Source: Alphaproteobacteria bacterium | GTDB taxonomy: Bacteria > Pseudomonadota > Alphaproteobacteria > Rs-D84 | Length of the DNA: 64,000 bases | Assembly: GCA_017935245.1 (NCBI GenBank) | Contig: JAGBHZ010000001.1 | Location: 8,031-72,030, forward strand | Direction of reading: 5' to 3' | Shown: piece after piece, positions 8,698-16,420 of the stretch | Position numbering within the stretch: the stretch's first letter is position 1 | Layout: each line of letters starts with the position of its first letter | The notes under the pieces: model-generated | Told to the model about the DNA's origin: nothing | Databases searched by the model: none | Seen by the model: the letters and a program-made list of their open reading frames with translations, nothing else | Position numbers and translations under genes: made by a program

Positions 8698-9523
8698 TTT
8701 CATGGGCATTGAATACGCCCGCGGCGCAACGGCAAACATTAGAAATGACGGCCCCGCCATGGCACCAGCCGCGGTAAAACAAATGTTCCCAGACGCCGAT
8801 TGGACAACCGTTGTTGCCGACAATATTTCACCCGACGTCGCCGCCCGCGACCGATTCGGCGATGCATTTGCGGTTCATAAAAAAGTTTATAACGCCACCC
8901 CACAAACACGCCATATTATGATTGGTGGCGATCACAGTGTTAATTTTGGCCACTTTGCAACATTGGCTGACCGCACAGACGACGATTTATGTTTGGTCTA
9001 TATTGACGCGCATTTAGACATACACACCCCTGAAACATCCCGGATTCAGGCATCCGGTGCACCACACGGCACAAATGTACGTGCACTGTTGGGTAATGGC
9101 GATGAACGCTGGCTGGGGCTGCCAAGACGCAAACCCGCATTAAAACCACAAAATTTATTTTATATCGGCACGCGTTCATTCGAGGCCGCCGAAATCGAAT
9201 ACGCCCACGCCAATAACATCTATATTCGCACCGCATCCGCATTAAAAAACGAATCGGATTGGTCGCGCACATACAATGAAATAATGAAGCAAATCGGCCG
9301 CAAACCATTTGTTGTATCATTTGATTTTGACGCAATTGACCCAACCATTTTTCCAGATGTATGGGTTCCCGAACCCGGTGGCATATCATTGGCGGCGGCA
9401 AAATATTTTGTAACAAAATTCCGTGATGCAGATGGATTTGAATTTGTAGAATACGCACCCAATGGCGACGAAAAATCCGCCCAAATCGTACACGATTTAA
9501 TATCTATTGTTGTGAACGGTTAA
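8690..9523 (+). CDS. arginase/agmatinase/formimidoylglutamase family ureohydrolase
   Basis: Carries the Mn-binding motifs GGDHSVNFG, YIDAHLDIHTP and SFDFDAIDP. Confidence 0.8.
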   Translation: MIDFMGIEYARGATANIRNDGPAMAPAAVKQMFPDADWTTVVADNISPDVAARDRFGDAFAVHKKVYNATPQTRHIMIGGDHSVNFGHFATLADRTDDDLCLVYIDAHLDIHTPETSRIQASGAPHGTNVRALLGNGDERWLGLPRRKPALKPQNLFYIGTRSFEAAEIEYAHANNIYIRTASALKNESDWSRTYNEIMKQIGRKPFVVSFDFDAIDPTIFPDVWVPEPGGISLAAAKYFVTKFRDADGFEFVEYAPNGDEKSAQIVHDLISIVVNG

Positions 9524-9710
9524 TTTCTGCACACGTGCGATTGTGTCGATAAATATTCCGTGCTAAATCATCACTGATAACATCCCAATCCGCCGCCCGC
9601 CCATAAATTGGACTACATACAATGGGCGCACATACGTCATTCTGCAATGGTGTATTTTTCGCGCAGGACGCGACGAATATCACCAACGCCACGATTAAAA
9701 GTCTCCGCAT
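9504..9710 (-). CDS. small lipoprotein (o-spanin-like architecture)
   Basis: ATG at 9710 with a GGGGGA SD. MRRLLIVALVIFVASC gives a signal peptide plus lipobox. The start overlaps the 3' 74 nt of 9637..9867 in another frame. Confidence 0.55.
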   Translation of the reverse strand: MRRLLIVALVIFVASCAKNTPLQNDVCAPIVCSPIYGRAADWDVISDDLARNIYRHNRTCAEINRSQQ

Positions 9711-9867
9711 TTACATCCCCCATGATTTTTATAGTCTGTGATTGCATTGCGCTGGATTGTCCGGCAACATCTGCGCGACATTTTTCGCGCCCCACCCGCA
9801 CCCCCGCGACATAAGAAAAAAATATGGCGGTCACCCCCGCCATAAATACGAACAAATAAATTTTCAT
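9637..9867 (-). CDS. small bitopic membrane protein (i-spanin-like position)
   Basis: ATG at 9867 with an AAGGGAG SD. Has an N-terminal TM helix (IYLFVFMAGVTAIFFSYVAGV) and a charged periplasmic tail. Confidence 0.55.
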   Translation of the reverse strand: MKIYLFVFMAGVTAIFFSYVAGVRVGREKCRADVAGQSSAMQSQTIKIMGDVNAETFNRGVGDIRRVLREKYTIAE

Positions 9868-9876
9868 TTTTCTCCC

Positions 9877-10149
9877 TTATTCCATCGGACACACATCAGT
9901 AAAATTATACGTACCAAAATCATCTGTATAACTAACCCCCGCCGGCGCATACATTATACAGTCCCACCCTGGGCTTGCAACCAAACACGACTGAACCGTC
10001 CCAACCGCTGTTGTGCCACTGGGGCAAGATGTCGCAACAATAACCGTCGGTTCATCAATTGCCGTATATCCAGCCGGACAAGACGACGAAGGCGACGCAG
10101 CATTAGCCGACATCGCAAAAAAACATAATAAAATCGCACTTTTTTTCAT
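9877..10149 (-). CDS. small secreted Cys-containing protein
   Basis: MKKSAILLCFFAMSANA signal peptide. The roughly 73-aa mature part has 5 Cys, including a CPAGYT motif. Confidence 0.6.
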   Translation of the reverse strand: MKKSAILLCFFAMSANAASPSSSCPAGYTAIDEPTVIVATSCPSGTTAVGTVQSCLVASPGWDCIMYAPAGVSYTDDFGTYNFTDVCPME

Positions 10150-10177
10150 AACTCTATTTCCCATTTTTATTCTAACG

Positions 10178-10675
10178 TTATTCTAAATTACCCAATAGCG
10201 CACTTCTAAGATTCGGATCATAAACACCTGTGTCAATTTCACCATATGCAATAACATCTGCACATATCTTACCACATGCACTCACACAGTACGTAGTCGG
10301 ATTTTGTTGTGCACGTACATCACTAGCACCAAACACCCACTTAGATTCTACCGGATCAATTAACTTGCACATACAGTTAGTCGAACCAGCACCGTACTGA
10401 ACAGTTATATCATCAAATACATAACTTTCCTCCAATGCCACACCAGTAACATTCCCAAAGTTAGCATAACGTGCACAGATGCCAATACCCTGCACTTCAA
10501 TTTGCGTACCATCAGCACCATCACATTCCAACACAAAGTTAGCATCACCCGACGCAGCATAACTAACCACACAGTCTGTATCCGAATTCAACGCAACACA
10601 ACGCTGAACCGCATTCGCAGACATTGATACAACCAAAAACATACATATAATATAAAATTTTCTAGCAATACTCAT
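10178..10675 (-). CDS. secreted Cys-rich protein, tandem paralog 1
   Basis: ATG at 10675 with a GGGGG SD and a signal peptide ending SANA. Shares AVQRCVAL, GIGIC, TNCMCK and SKWVF motifs with 10692..11105. Confidence 0.65.
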   Translation of the reverse strand: MSIARKFYIICMFLVVSMSANAVQRCVALNSDTDCVVSYAASGDANFVLECDGADGTQIEVQGIGICARYANFGNVTGVALEESYVFDDITVQYGAGSTNCMCKLIDPVESKWVFGASDVRAQQNPTTYCVSACGKICADVIAYGEIDTGVYDPNLRSALLGNLE

Positions 10676-10691
10676 AATCGCCCCCACTTTA

Positions 10692-11105
10692 TTAATTTGA
10701 AACCGTTGACAAAATCTGTCCTAGATAATTACTAAGCCCCATATATTGCCCACATCCTGCGCCACACCCCTTTTGACATGTGGCAGCATCAGTCGCTGTA
10801 TATGCGAACACCCACTGTGAACGTGCTGGCTTAAACATTTTACACCAACAATTAGTCCCAAAACCAAGCGGCGCCCCCTGACGGGGACTGGAACTTGAGT
10901 CTAAATTTGAACATAACCCCAGTCCAGACACAACAGAATTTCTACCATCCGTACTACATGTACCAGACCATTTCGAATAATAATCTCCTTGACTGGTAGC
11001 CACACATTGTGTGTAACCTTGCTGCATTGCGATACATTTTTGCACCGCGGTGGCGGGCGTGGCAAGCATCGCCCCCATCACAGTTAAAAATAAAAGTTTC
11101 TTCAT
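10692..11105 (-). CDS. secreted Cys-rich protein, tandem paralog 2
   Basis: Trimmed to MKKLLFLTVMGAMLATPATA (AGGGGA SD). Carries the motifs AVQKCIAM, GLGLC, TNCWCK and SQWVF. Confidence 0.65.
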   Translation of the reverse strand: MKKLLFLTVMGAMLATPATAVQKCIAMQQGYTQCVATSQGDYYSKWSGTCSTDGRNSVVSGLGLCSNLDSSSSPRQGAPLGFGTNCWCKMFKPARSQWVFAYTATDAATCQKGCGAGCGQYMGLSNYLGQILSTVSN

Positions 11106-11385
11106 TTTCAATCCCCTTTCTTTTTTTTCTTTGCAAAAAAACAAAAACCACGCGTCAGAACGAGTGGTCAGGAGGTTGGAAACAATCAAGAAGTATTGTG
11201 CTGTTTATTCAATATATTCACAGCCCCCCTGACACTAAATATTCAGGAGTTTTATTTATCGTCTGGATTTTCGTACGAAAAAACACGCCATCGGCGCGCC
11301 GGATTTCGCTTCCAAACGCTTCTTGCACGGGTTTCCACACCCCATTATGGCAACACACCATAACACGCACATTATAACTGAAAAT
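11106..11385 (-). promoter_or_regulatory. long conserved 5' leader of the Cys-rich operon (leader X)
   Basis: Homologous sequence blocks are shared with 24998..25320. A hairpin plus U-run lies at 11147-11168 (minus sense). Confidence 0.45.
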
Positions 11386-11405
11386 CTTTCTCTGTTCAAT
11401 ACTTA

Positions 11406-11510
11406 TATAAATAAAAGTTTAGTGGTTAGTTATTAGTGGCTAGTGGATAGTGTTTGTGTGCGGCAAATGCCGCACATCATAGTGCCTTCACTTACCACTT
11501 ACACTAATTA
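11406..11510. repeat. intergenic repeat element copy A (TTAGTGG-type heptamer tract plus GTGCGGC/GCCGCAC hairpin plus inverted CACTTAC units)
   Basis: Heptamers TTAGTGG TTAGTTA TTAGTGG CTAGTGG ATAGTGT at 11419-11453, with a hairpin at 11458-11475. Confidence 0.7.
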
Positions 11511-11511
11511 C

Positions 11512-11540
11512 TAAAAAATCCCGCTTTCGCGGGAATTTTT
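11512..11540 (-). terminator. rho terminator
   Basis: TCCCGC-TTTC-GCGGGA with a T-run on the minus strand. Confidence 0.75.
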
Positions 11541-12809
11541 TTACTGATTCATAGAACTGAAAAAGTCTGCATTTGTTTTTGTTAAACGCAATTTATCCAG
11601 CAAGAATTCCATCGCTTCCAATGTGCCCATCGGATTGATAATCCGGCGCAACACGTACATCTTGGACAATTGTTCTTTGCCAACCAACAGGTCTTCTTTG
11701 CGCGTCCCAGATTTTGTAATATCAATTGCGGGATAGACACGCTTATCAGACAGTTTTCTGTCCAGAATAATTTCACTATTACCGGTTCCTTTAAATTCTT
11801 CGAAAATAACTTCATCCATCTTGGAACCTGTATCAACCAATGCCGTTGCGATAATGGTCAAACTGCCCCCACCTTCGATATTACGTGCCGCACCAAAGAA
11901 ACGCTTTGGACGTTGCAATGCATATGCATCAACACCCCCGGTCAGAACCTTGCCACTGGATGGAACAACGGTATTATACGCACGCCCCAAACGTGTAATA
12001 GAATCCAGCAAGATAACAACATCTTGGCCCGCTTCGACCAAACGTTTTGCCTTTTCAATAACCATTTCGGCAACCTGGATATGACGTGCGGCCGGTTCAT
12101 CAAATGTCGAAGATATAACTTCGCCTTTAACGCTGCGCTGCATATCTGTAACTTCTTCGGGACGTTCATCAATCAACAAAACGATTAATTTCACATCTGG
12201 ATAGTTTGTCGCAATACTGTGCGCAATATTTTGCAGCATTACCGTCTTACCGGTACGCGGTGGCGCAACAATTAACGAACGCTGCCCCTTGCCGGTTGGG
12301 GAAATCAGGTCAATAACACGTGCCGACAGATTGCGTCCTTTGTCTTTATCATCGGCCACCTCCATTTTCAATTGTTCATCTGGATACAGTGGCGTCATGT
12401 CATCGAACGACACACGATGTTTTAATTTTTCTGGATTATCACCGTTCACACGTTCAATTGTTTCCAGCGCAAAATAACGTTCAGATTCATTTTGTGGTGC
12501 CTGAATTTGCCCTTCGACATAATCCCCGGTCTTTAAACCATATTTTTTAATCAAGTTTGGCGACACATACAAATCATCTGGCCCCGCCAAATAATTACTT
12601 TCCGGTGCGCGCAAGAAACCGAAACCATCCTGCATACGTTCCAGAACCCCATCCCCAATCAACGTAACCTTTTTATCGGCGGCATACGCACGCATTACGC
12701 CAAAGCGTAATTGTTGTACATTTAATTGTGATGGATTTTCGATACCCATATCTTCTGCCATTTTCAGCAGTTGCTGTGGCGATTTCGCCTTTAATTCATT
12801 AATATGCAT
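11541..12809 (-). CDS. rho: transcription termination factor Rho
   Basis: Has an N-terminal RNA-binding domain, Walker A PPRTGKT, and full-length Rho-like sequence (422 aa). Confidence 0.97.
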   Translation of the reverse strand: MHINELKAKSPQQLLKMAEDMGIENPSQLNVQQLRFGVMRAYAADKKVTLIGDGVLERMQDGFGFLRAPESNYLAGPDDLYVSPNLIKKYGLKTGDYVEGQIQAPQNESERYFALETIERVNGDNPEKLKHRVSFDDMTPLYPDEQLKMEVADDKDKGRNLSARVIDLISPTGKGQRSLIVAPPRTGKTVMLQNIAHSIATNYPDVKLIVLLIDERPEEVTDMQRSVKGEVISSTFDEPAARHIQVAEMVIEKAKRLVEAGQDVVILLDSITRLGRAYNTVVPSSGKVLTGGVDAYALQRPKRFFGAARNIEGGGSLTIIATALVDTGSKMDEVIFEEFKGTGNSEIILDRKLSDKRVYPAIDITKSGTRKEDLLVGKEQLSKMYVLRRIINPMGTLEAMEFLLDKLRLTKTNADFFSSMNQ

Positions 12810-12862
12810 AAATATATCCTTTTGGAAAGATTTGCACAGAACTGTGCCTAATTGACGACAGT

Positions 12863-12891
12863 ATTATAATACAATTTGACAAAAAAGTCAA
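12863..12891 (-). promoter_or_regulatory. sigma70-type promoter for rho
   Basis: Minus-strand TTGACT-N17-TATAAT. Confidence 0.45.
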
Positions 12892-12972
12892 GTTTTGCTT
12901 TTTTTCTTGATTTTTTCACCTATTATTGGTCAAATCAAAACATATGATAATAACAGCAAAAGGAAAGCGAAA

Positions 12973-13425
12973 ATGGCAGGCAGCATAAATAAAGTTATCC
13001 TGGTCGGCAATATCGGCCAAGAACCCCAGGTCCGCACCATGAACAGCGGTCAAAAAGTGGTCAGTTTTTCATTAGCCACATCCGAACGTTGGCGCGACCG
13101 CACATCTGGCGAACAAAAAGAACAAACCGAATGGCATCGCGTTGTTATATTTAACCCAAATCTGGTCGAAGTTGCCGAACGCATGTTACAGAAAGGCACT
13201 AAATTATACCTAGAAGGTTCATTGAAAACACGCAAATGGCAAAACCAACAGGGCGCCGATGTTTATACAACCGAAGTTGTCCTGAATCCATTTGCCGGTC
13301 AAATGGTAATCCTGTCCGGTGCCAAGGCAATGGGTGATGGTGATTTTGGTGGTGGTGCACCCGCCCCTGCCGCACCACGCGAAGAAATTTCCGTGGCAGA
13401 CATCGGCGACGATATTCCATTTTAA
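12973..13425 (+). CDS. ssb: single-stranded DNA-binding protein
   Basis: [17 protein letters not shown]-fold start, a Gly-rich linker and the canonical acidic tail DDIPF. The ORF was trimmed from TTG 12895. Confidence 0.93.
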   Translation: MAGSINKVILVGNIGQEPQVRTMNSGQKVVSFSLATSERWRDRTSGEQKEQTEWHRVVIFNPNLVEVAERMLQKGTKLYLEGSLKTRKWQNQQGADVYTTEVVLNPFAGQMVILSGAKAMGDGDFGGGAPAPAAPREEISVADIGDDIPF

Positions 13426-13428
13426 ATT

Positions 13429-13458
13429 TAAAAATCCCCCAAACGGGGGATTTTTTTT
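13429..13458. terminator. bidirectional terminator between ssb and pyk
   Basis: AAAAATCCCCC-AAAC-GGGGGATTTTTTTT. The core is identical to the one at 44510-44538. Confidence 0.8.
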
Positions 13459-14827
13459 AATCCAGTGTTCGCAAACTAATTTTATCTTCATCAACAATAA
13501 CCAGTTTCCCCATATTTATATGGAACCGTCGCGCGGCATTAAATGCATCACGCATACCAAACAATTGTTCATCATATATTGGGAAAATTCCACGCGCCAG
13601 GCATAACTGATTGGCAACAACCGATTCGTTACATACTGCAACAATTGGGATATCTGGTTTTCGACATGAAATCTGAACCGCAATATCGGTATCACGCGCA
13701 AATACGACAATAGCCGACGCTTTGTTCAGATATGCCATTGACGCCACCGAACGGGACCAATCATTTTCTGGGATATTTTCCACACGCGACCAGTCAAACG
13801 GATTCGCAATCGCATCCATATCGGCATGTGATAAAATCTTGGACATTGTTTCAATAACATTGACTGGATTTATACCGATTGTTGTTTCTTCACTTGTCAT
13901 GGTTGAATCCGCCCGTAAATATGCTGTGTTTGCAACGTCTGTAATTTCGGCGCGTGTTGGGAATTCACTGGCCACCATTGACCCCAGCATTTGTGTTGCC
14001 ACAATCACAGGTTTATTCATCTTTCTGCATTCACGAATAATGCACCGGGAAATTGCCGGTACGGCTTCGTACGGGACCTCTACTGCTAAATCCCCACGTG
14101 CAATCATAATTCCATCGGCCGCCGCCGCGATATCACAAATACGTTCAACCGCATTTGGTCGTTCAATCTTGGCAATAATTTTTATTGGGTGGGATGTACG
14201 CGCGGTAATAAAATCACGCACTTCGGCCACATCTTCGGGACGCTGAACAAATGAAATTGCGACATAGTCTGGCTTTTTCCCAATTGCATATTCCAGGTCT
14301 GCCCTATCCTTTTGCGTCAGGACCGATGTTGAAATTTCTGTATCTGGCAAATTAAATCCGCGTCGCGACCAAATTGCATCACCGCGCAACACCGTTGCGT
14401 CAACGGCGCCATCACGCACATCATCAACCCGCATTTCAATTTTGCCATCATTTAATAACACACGGTCGCCAACATTTAACGACTTCAAAACATCCGCATC
14501 TGGCAACTGAACACGTGTATTGTCCCCGGGGGCTGGATTATTATCAAATGTAAATTTCTGGCCGATGGTCAATGCATATGGTTTTTCGGTTGCAAAGTTT
14601 CCAATACGATGCTTTGGTCCTTGTAAATCAATCATTATTGCAACCGGCGTTTCCAGTTCTTCGGACACAGAACGGATTAGATCAATTTTTGTTCCCTGAA
14701 CATCACCGGTATCATGACTAAAATTCAGTCTAAAAACATTGACGCCGGCACGTATCATCCGCGTCAGTGTTTCGCGATTTTCACTGTTTGGTCCAATTGA
14801 TGCCGTGATTTTTGTATATTTATTCAT
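13457..14827 (-). CDS. pyk: pyruvate kinase
   Basis: TKITASIGP, NFSHD, MIARGDLAVE and VATQMLGSM are pyruvate kinase signature segments. Confidence 0.93.
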   Translation of the reverse strand: MNKYTKITASIGPNSENRETLTRMIRAGVNVFRLNFSHDTGDVQGTKIDLIRSVSEELETPVAIMIDLQGPKHRIGNFATEKPYALTIGQKFTFDNNPAPGDNTRVQLPDADVLKSLNVGDRVLLNDGKIEMRVDDVRDGAVDATVLRGDAIWSRRGFNLPDTEISTSVLTQKDRADLEYAIGKKPDYVAISFVQRPEDVAEVRDFITARTSHPIKIIAKIERPNAVERICDIAAAADGIMIARGDLAVEVPYEAVPAISRCIIRECRKMNKPVIVATQMLGSMVASEFPTRAEITDVANTAYLRADSTMTSEETTIGINPVNVIETMSKILSHADMDAIANPFDWSRVENIPENDWSRSVASMAYLNKASAIVVFARDTDIAVQISCRKPDIPIVAVCNESVVANQLCLARGIFPIYDEQLFGMRDAFNAARRFHINMGKLVIVDEDKISLRTLD

Positions 14828-14908
14828 AAAACTCCCTTCCTGTTTTTCTTGATTTTCCTGATTTATGATATATCATAAACTCATCAAATAAACAAGGGGA
14901 AAACAGAA

Positions 14909-15157
14909 ATGAAACAAGCAAACCATGGTGCCTTTGACAACCAGCAATTAACCAGCATAATCGAAAGAATCGAAAAATTAAACGAAGACAGCGCCGCCAT
15001 CGCCGCCGACATCAAAGAAATTTATAGCGAAGCGAAATCGGCCGGATATGATCCAAAATATATTCGTCAAATGATACGCCTGCGCAAAATGGATCCAGAC
15101 GAAATTGACGAAGCCGATGAATTAACACAAATGTACCGCAACGCATTGGGTCTGTAA
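14909..15157 (+). CDS. gapR: DUF2312 / GapR-like nucleoid-associated protein
   Basis: 82 aa. QLTSIIERIEKLNEDSAAIAADIKEIYSEAKSAGYDPKYIRQMIRLRKMD matches the alphaproteobacterial DUF2312 pattern. Confidence 0.8.
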   Translation: MKQANHGAFDNQQLTSIIERIEKLNEDSAAIAADIKEIYSEAKSAGYDPKYIRQMIRLRKMDPDEIDEADELTQMYRNALGL

Positions 15158-15471
15158 TGAAATCATTTACAAAAACAATCGAAGATTTTAATTGCGCCCA
15201 TTGTGGCGCATTTGTTCATGGCAACGGTTACACCAACCATTGTCCGAATTGCCTGTGGTCGCGTCATGTTGACGATAATCCCGGCGACCGCGCATCAACA
15301 TGTGGTGGCATGATGCGTCCTATTTCGGCCACCCCCAATGGTGTTCGATTTATAATTACACACAAATGCGAAACATGTGGAAAAATAAAGCGTCAACGCA
15401 CATCTGACAATGATAATATTGACGCAATAATTGAAATCACCCGCAACAATTCATTTATATTTGGAAAATAA
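15157..15471 (+). CDS. RNHCP domain zinc-ribbon protein
   Basis: FNCAHCG...YTNHCPNCLWSRHVD...CETCGK. The start shares one nt with the gapR stop (TAATG). Confidence 0.7.
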   Translation: MKSFTKTIEDFNCAHCGAFVHGNGYTNHCPNCLWSRHVDDNPGDRASTCGGMMRPISATPNGVRFIITHKCETCGKIKRQRTSDNDNIDAIIEITRNNSFIFGK

Positions 15472-15496
15472 AAAATCCCGCATTCGCGGGATTTTC
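15470..15496. terminator. bidirectional terminator
   Basis: ATCCCGC-ATTC-GCGGGAT. Confidence 0.75.
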
Positions 15497-16124
15497 AAAG
15501 GCTGTAATAACACGTATTTGAAAGCGTAAAATCACCCGTTGCATCTTTATGGTTTCCCGCCGTTAAATAACATTGTGTAATTGATGTTATGGGCGTGTTT
15601 GAATCTGTTGTTGCGCTATCAACACCCGTGGCAACGGCACACGATGTGCATGTATTACCATCGCCAAAGTATCCATTTACACATCTGTATTCATAAGAAT
15701 AACTGCATGCAAAGGTTTCACATGTTCCGACAGACCGGCGCTGTTTCCCGGGCTCATTCGATACGTTTTCCCAGCTGCCGGTTCTACATCCAATATATTG
15801 ATTACAACCTGGACAAAAATCCCGCCAAGCTCCATTGTATAAAGCATTGATCTTTACCTCCAGCATGCCTTCAATTGTATTTGGCCTACCAAAGTTGGCC
15901 CACGTCTGCAAAATTGAACCACGTAGTTCATTACAGCGTAATTCGTCGCTATAATCAAGTTCACTGCCCACACTTTCTGCAAATTCGGCACATGTTCCCT
16001 GATATTCCATAAAATAGTCTGCGGCATCCATACACCACAGCAGGTTTTTTTGTGCATATGCGTTTCCCATGGCACAAAATGCACCCATCACAAAAATTCC
16101 AATACGAAATAAATTATGTTTCAT
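15495..16124 (-). CDS. secreted Cys-rich protein
   Basis: Trimmed to MKHNLFRIGIFVMGAFCAMGNAYA with an AGGGGAG SD. Has 17 Cys, including CVNGYFGDGNTCTSC. Confidence 0.6.
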   Translation of the reverse strand: MKHNLFRIGIFVMGAFCAMGNAYAQKNLLWCMDAADYFMEYQGTCAEFAESVGSELDYSDELRCNELRGSILQTWANFGRPNTIEGMLEVKINALYNGAWRDFCPGCNQYIGCRTGSWENVSNEPGKQRRSVGTCETFACSYSYEYRCVNGYFGDGNTCTSCAVATGVDSATTDSNTPITSITQCYLTAGNHKDATGDFTLSNTCYYSL

Positions 16125-16396
16125 ATTTATTCTCCCCTTTGACCACAATCCCTACACAGGAAAACGGTCCTTTTTTTCCGACACAAAATCACATTGACGC
16201 GGGGCGGTTTTTAGGATAAAATAAGAGACAACAAGGCAAGAAAAAAACCACCGTTTTAATTCGGCGGTATTTTTTTGAATTAATTCATTGAAATTACGCG
16301 TGTTTTGGCCTTTGAATTCAGTATGTTTTTTTAGTGCAGTATTAATGTATTCCACAATTGCACTTTGAACTCTGCACTTTTAACTTTGAAAAAAAA
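16125..16396 (-). promoter_or_regulatory. long 5' leader of 15495..16124 with an internal terminator-like hairpin (leader Z)
   Basis: ACCGCC-N10-GGTGGT plus a T7 run at 16241-16268. The G-U pair forms only in the minus-sense RNA. Confidence 0.35.
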
Positions 16397-16420
16397 ATCC
16401 CGCGGATTGCGGGATTTTTA
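16389..16420. terminator. autotransporter terminator
   Basis: ATCCCGC-GGATT-GCGGGAT flanked by A8 and T5 runs. Confidence 0.75.

Noticed and set aside
11419-11453. The heptamer tract as a CRISPR array or as oriC
   Set aside because: The units are contiguous 7-mers with no spacers and there are no cas genes, so it is not a CRISPR array. The DnaA-box resemblance is partial (CCACT versus CCACA). The element recurs at several loci next to terminators, which fits a dispersed repeat better than a unique origin. It is retained only as a point to test.
12818-12860. The palindrome GCACAGAACTGTGC upstream of rho as a LexA or other operator for the rho/ssb divergent region
   Set aside because: It does not match the alphaproteobacterial SOS box (GTTC-N7-GTTC) or the E. 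coli-type box (CTGT-N8-ACAG). It may simply be a leader hairpin.
16152-16355. 67-aa minus-strand ORF in the leader of 15495..16124
   Set aside because: It has a GTG start and no SD, it spans the terminator-like hairpin at 16241-16268, and its composition looks like translated AT-rich spacer.
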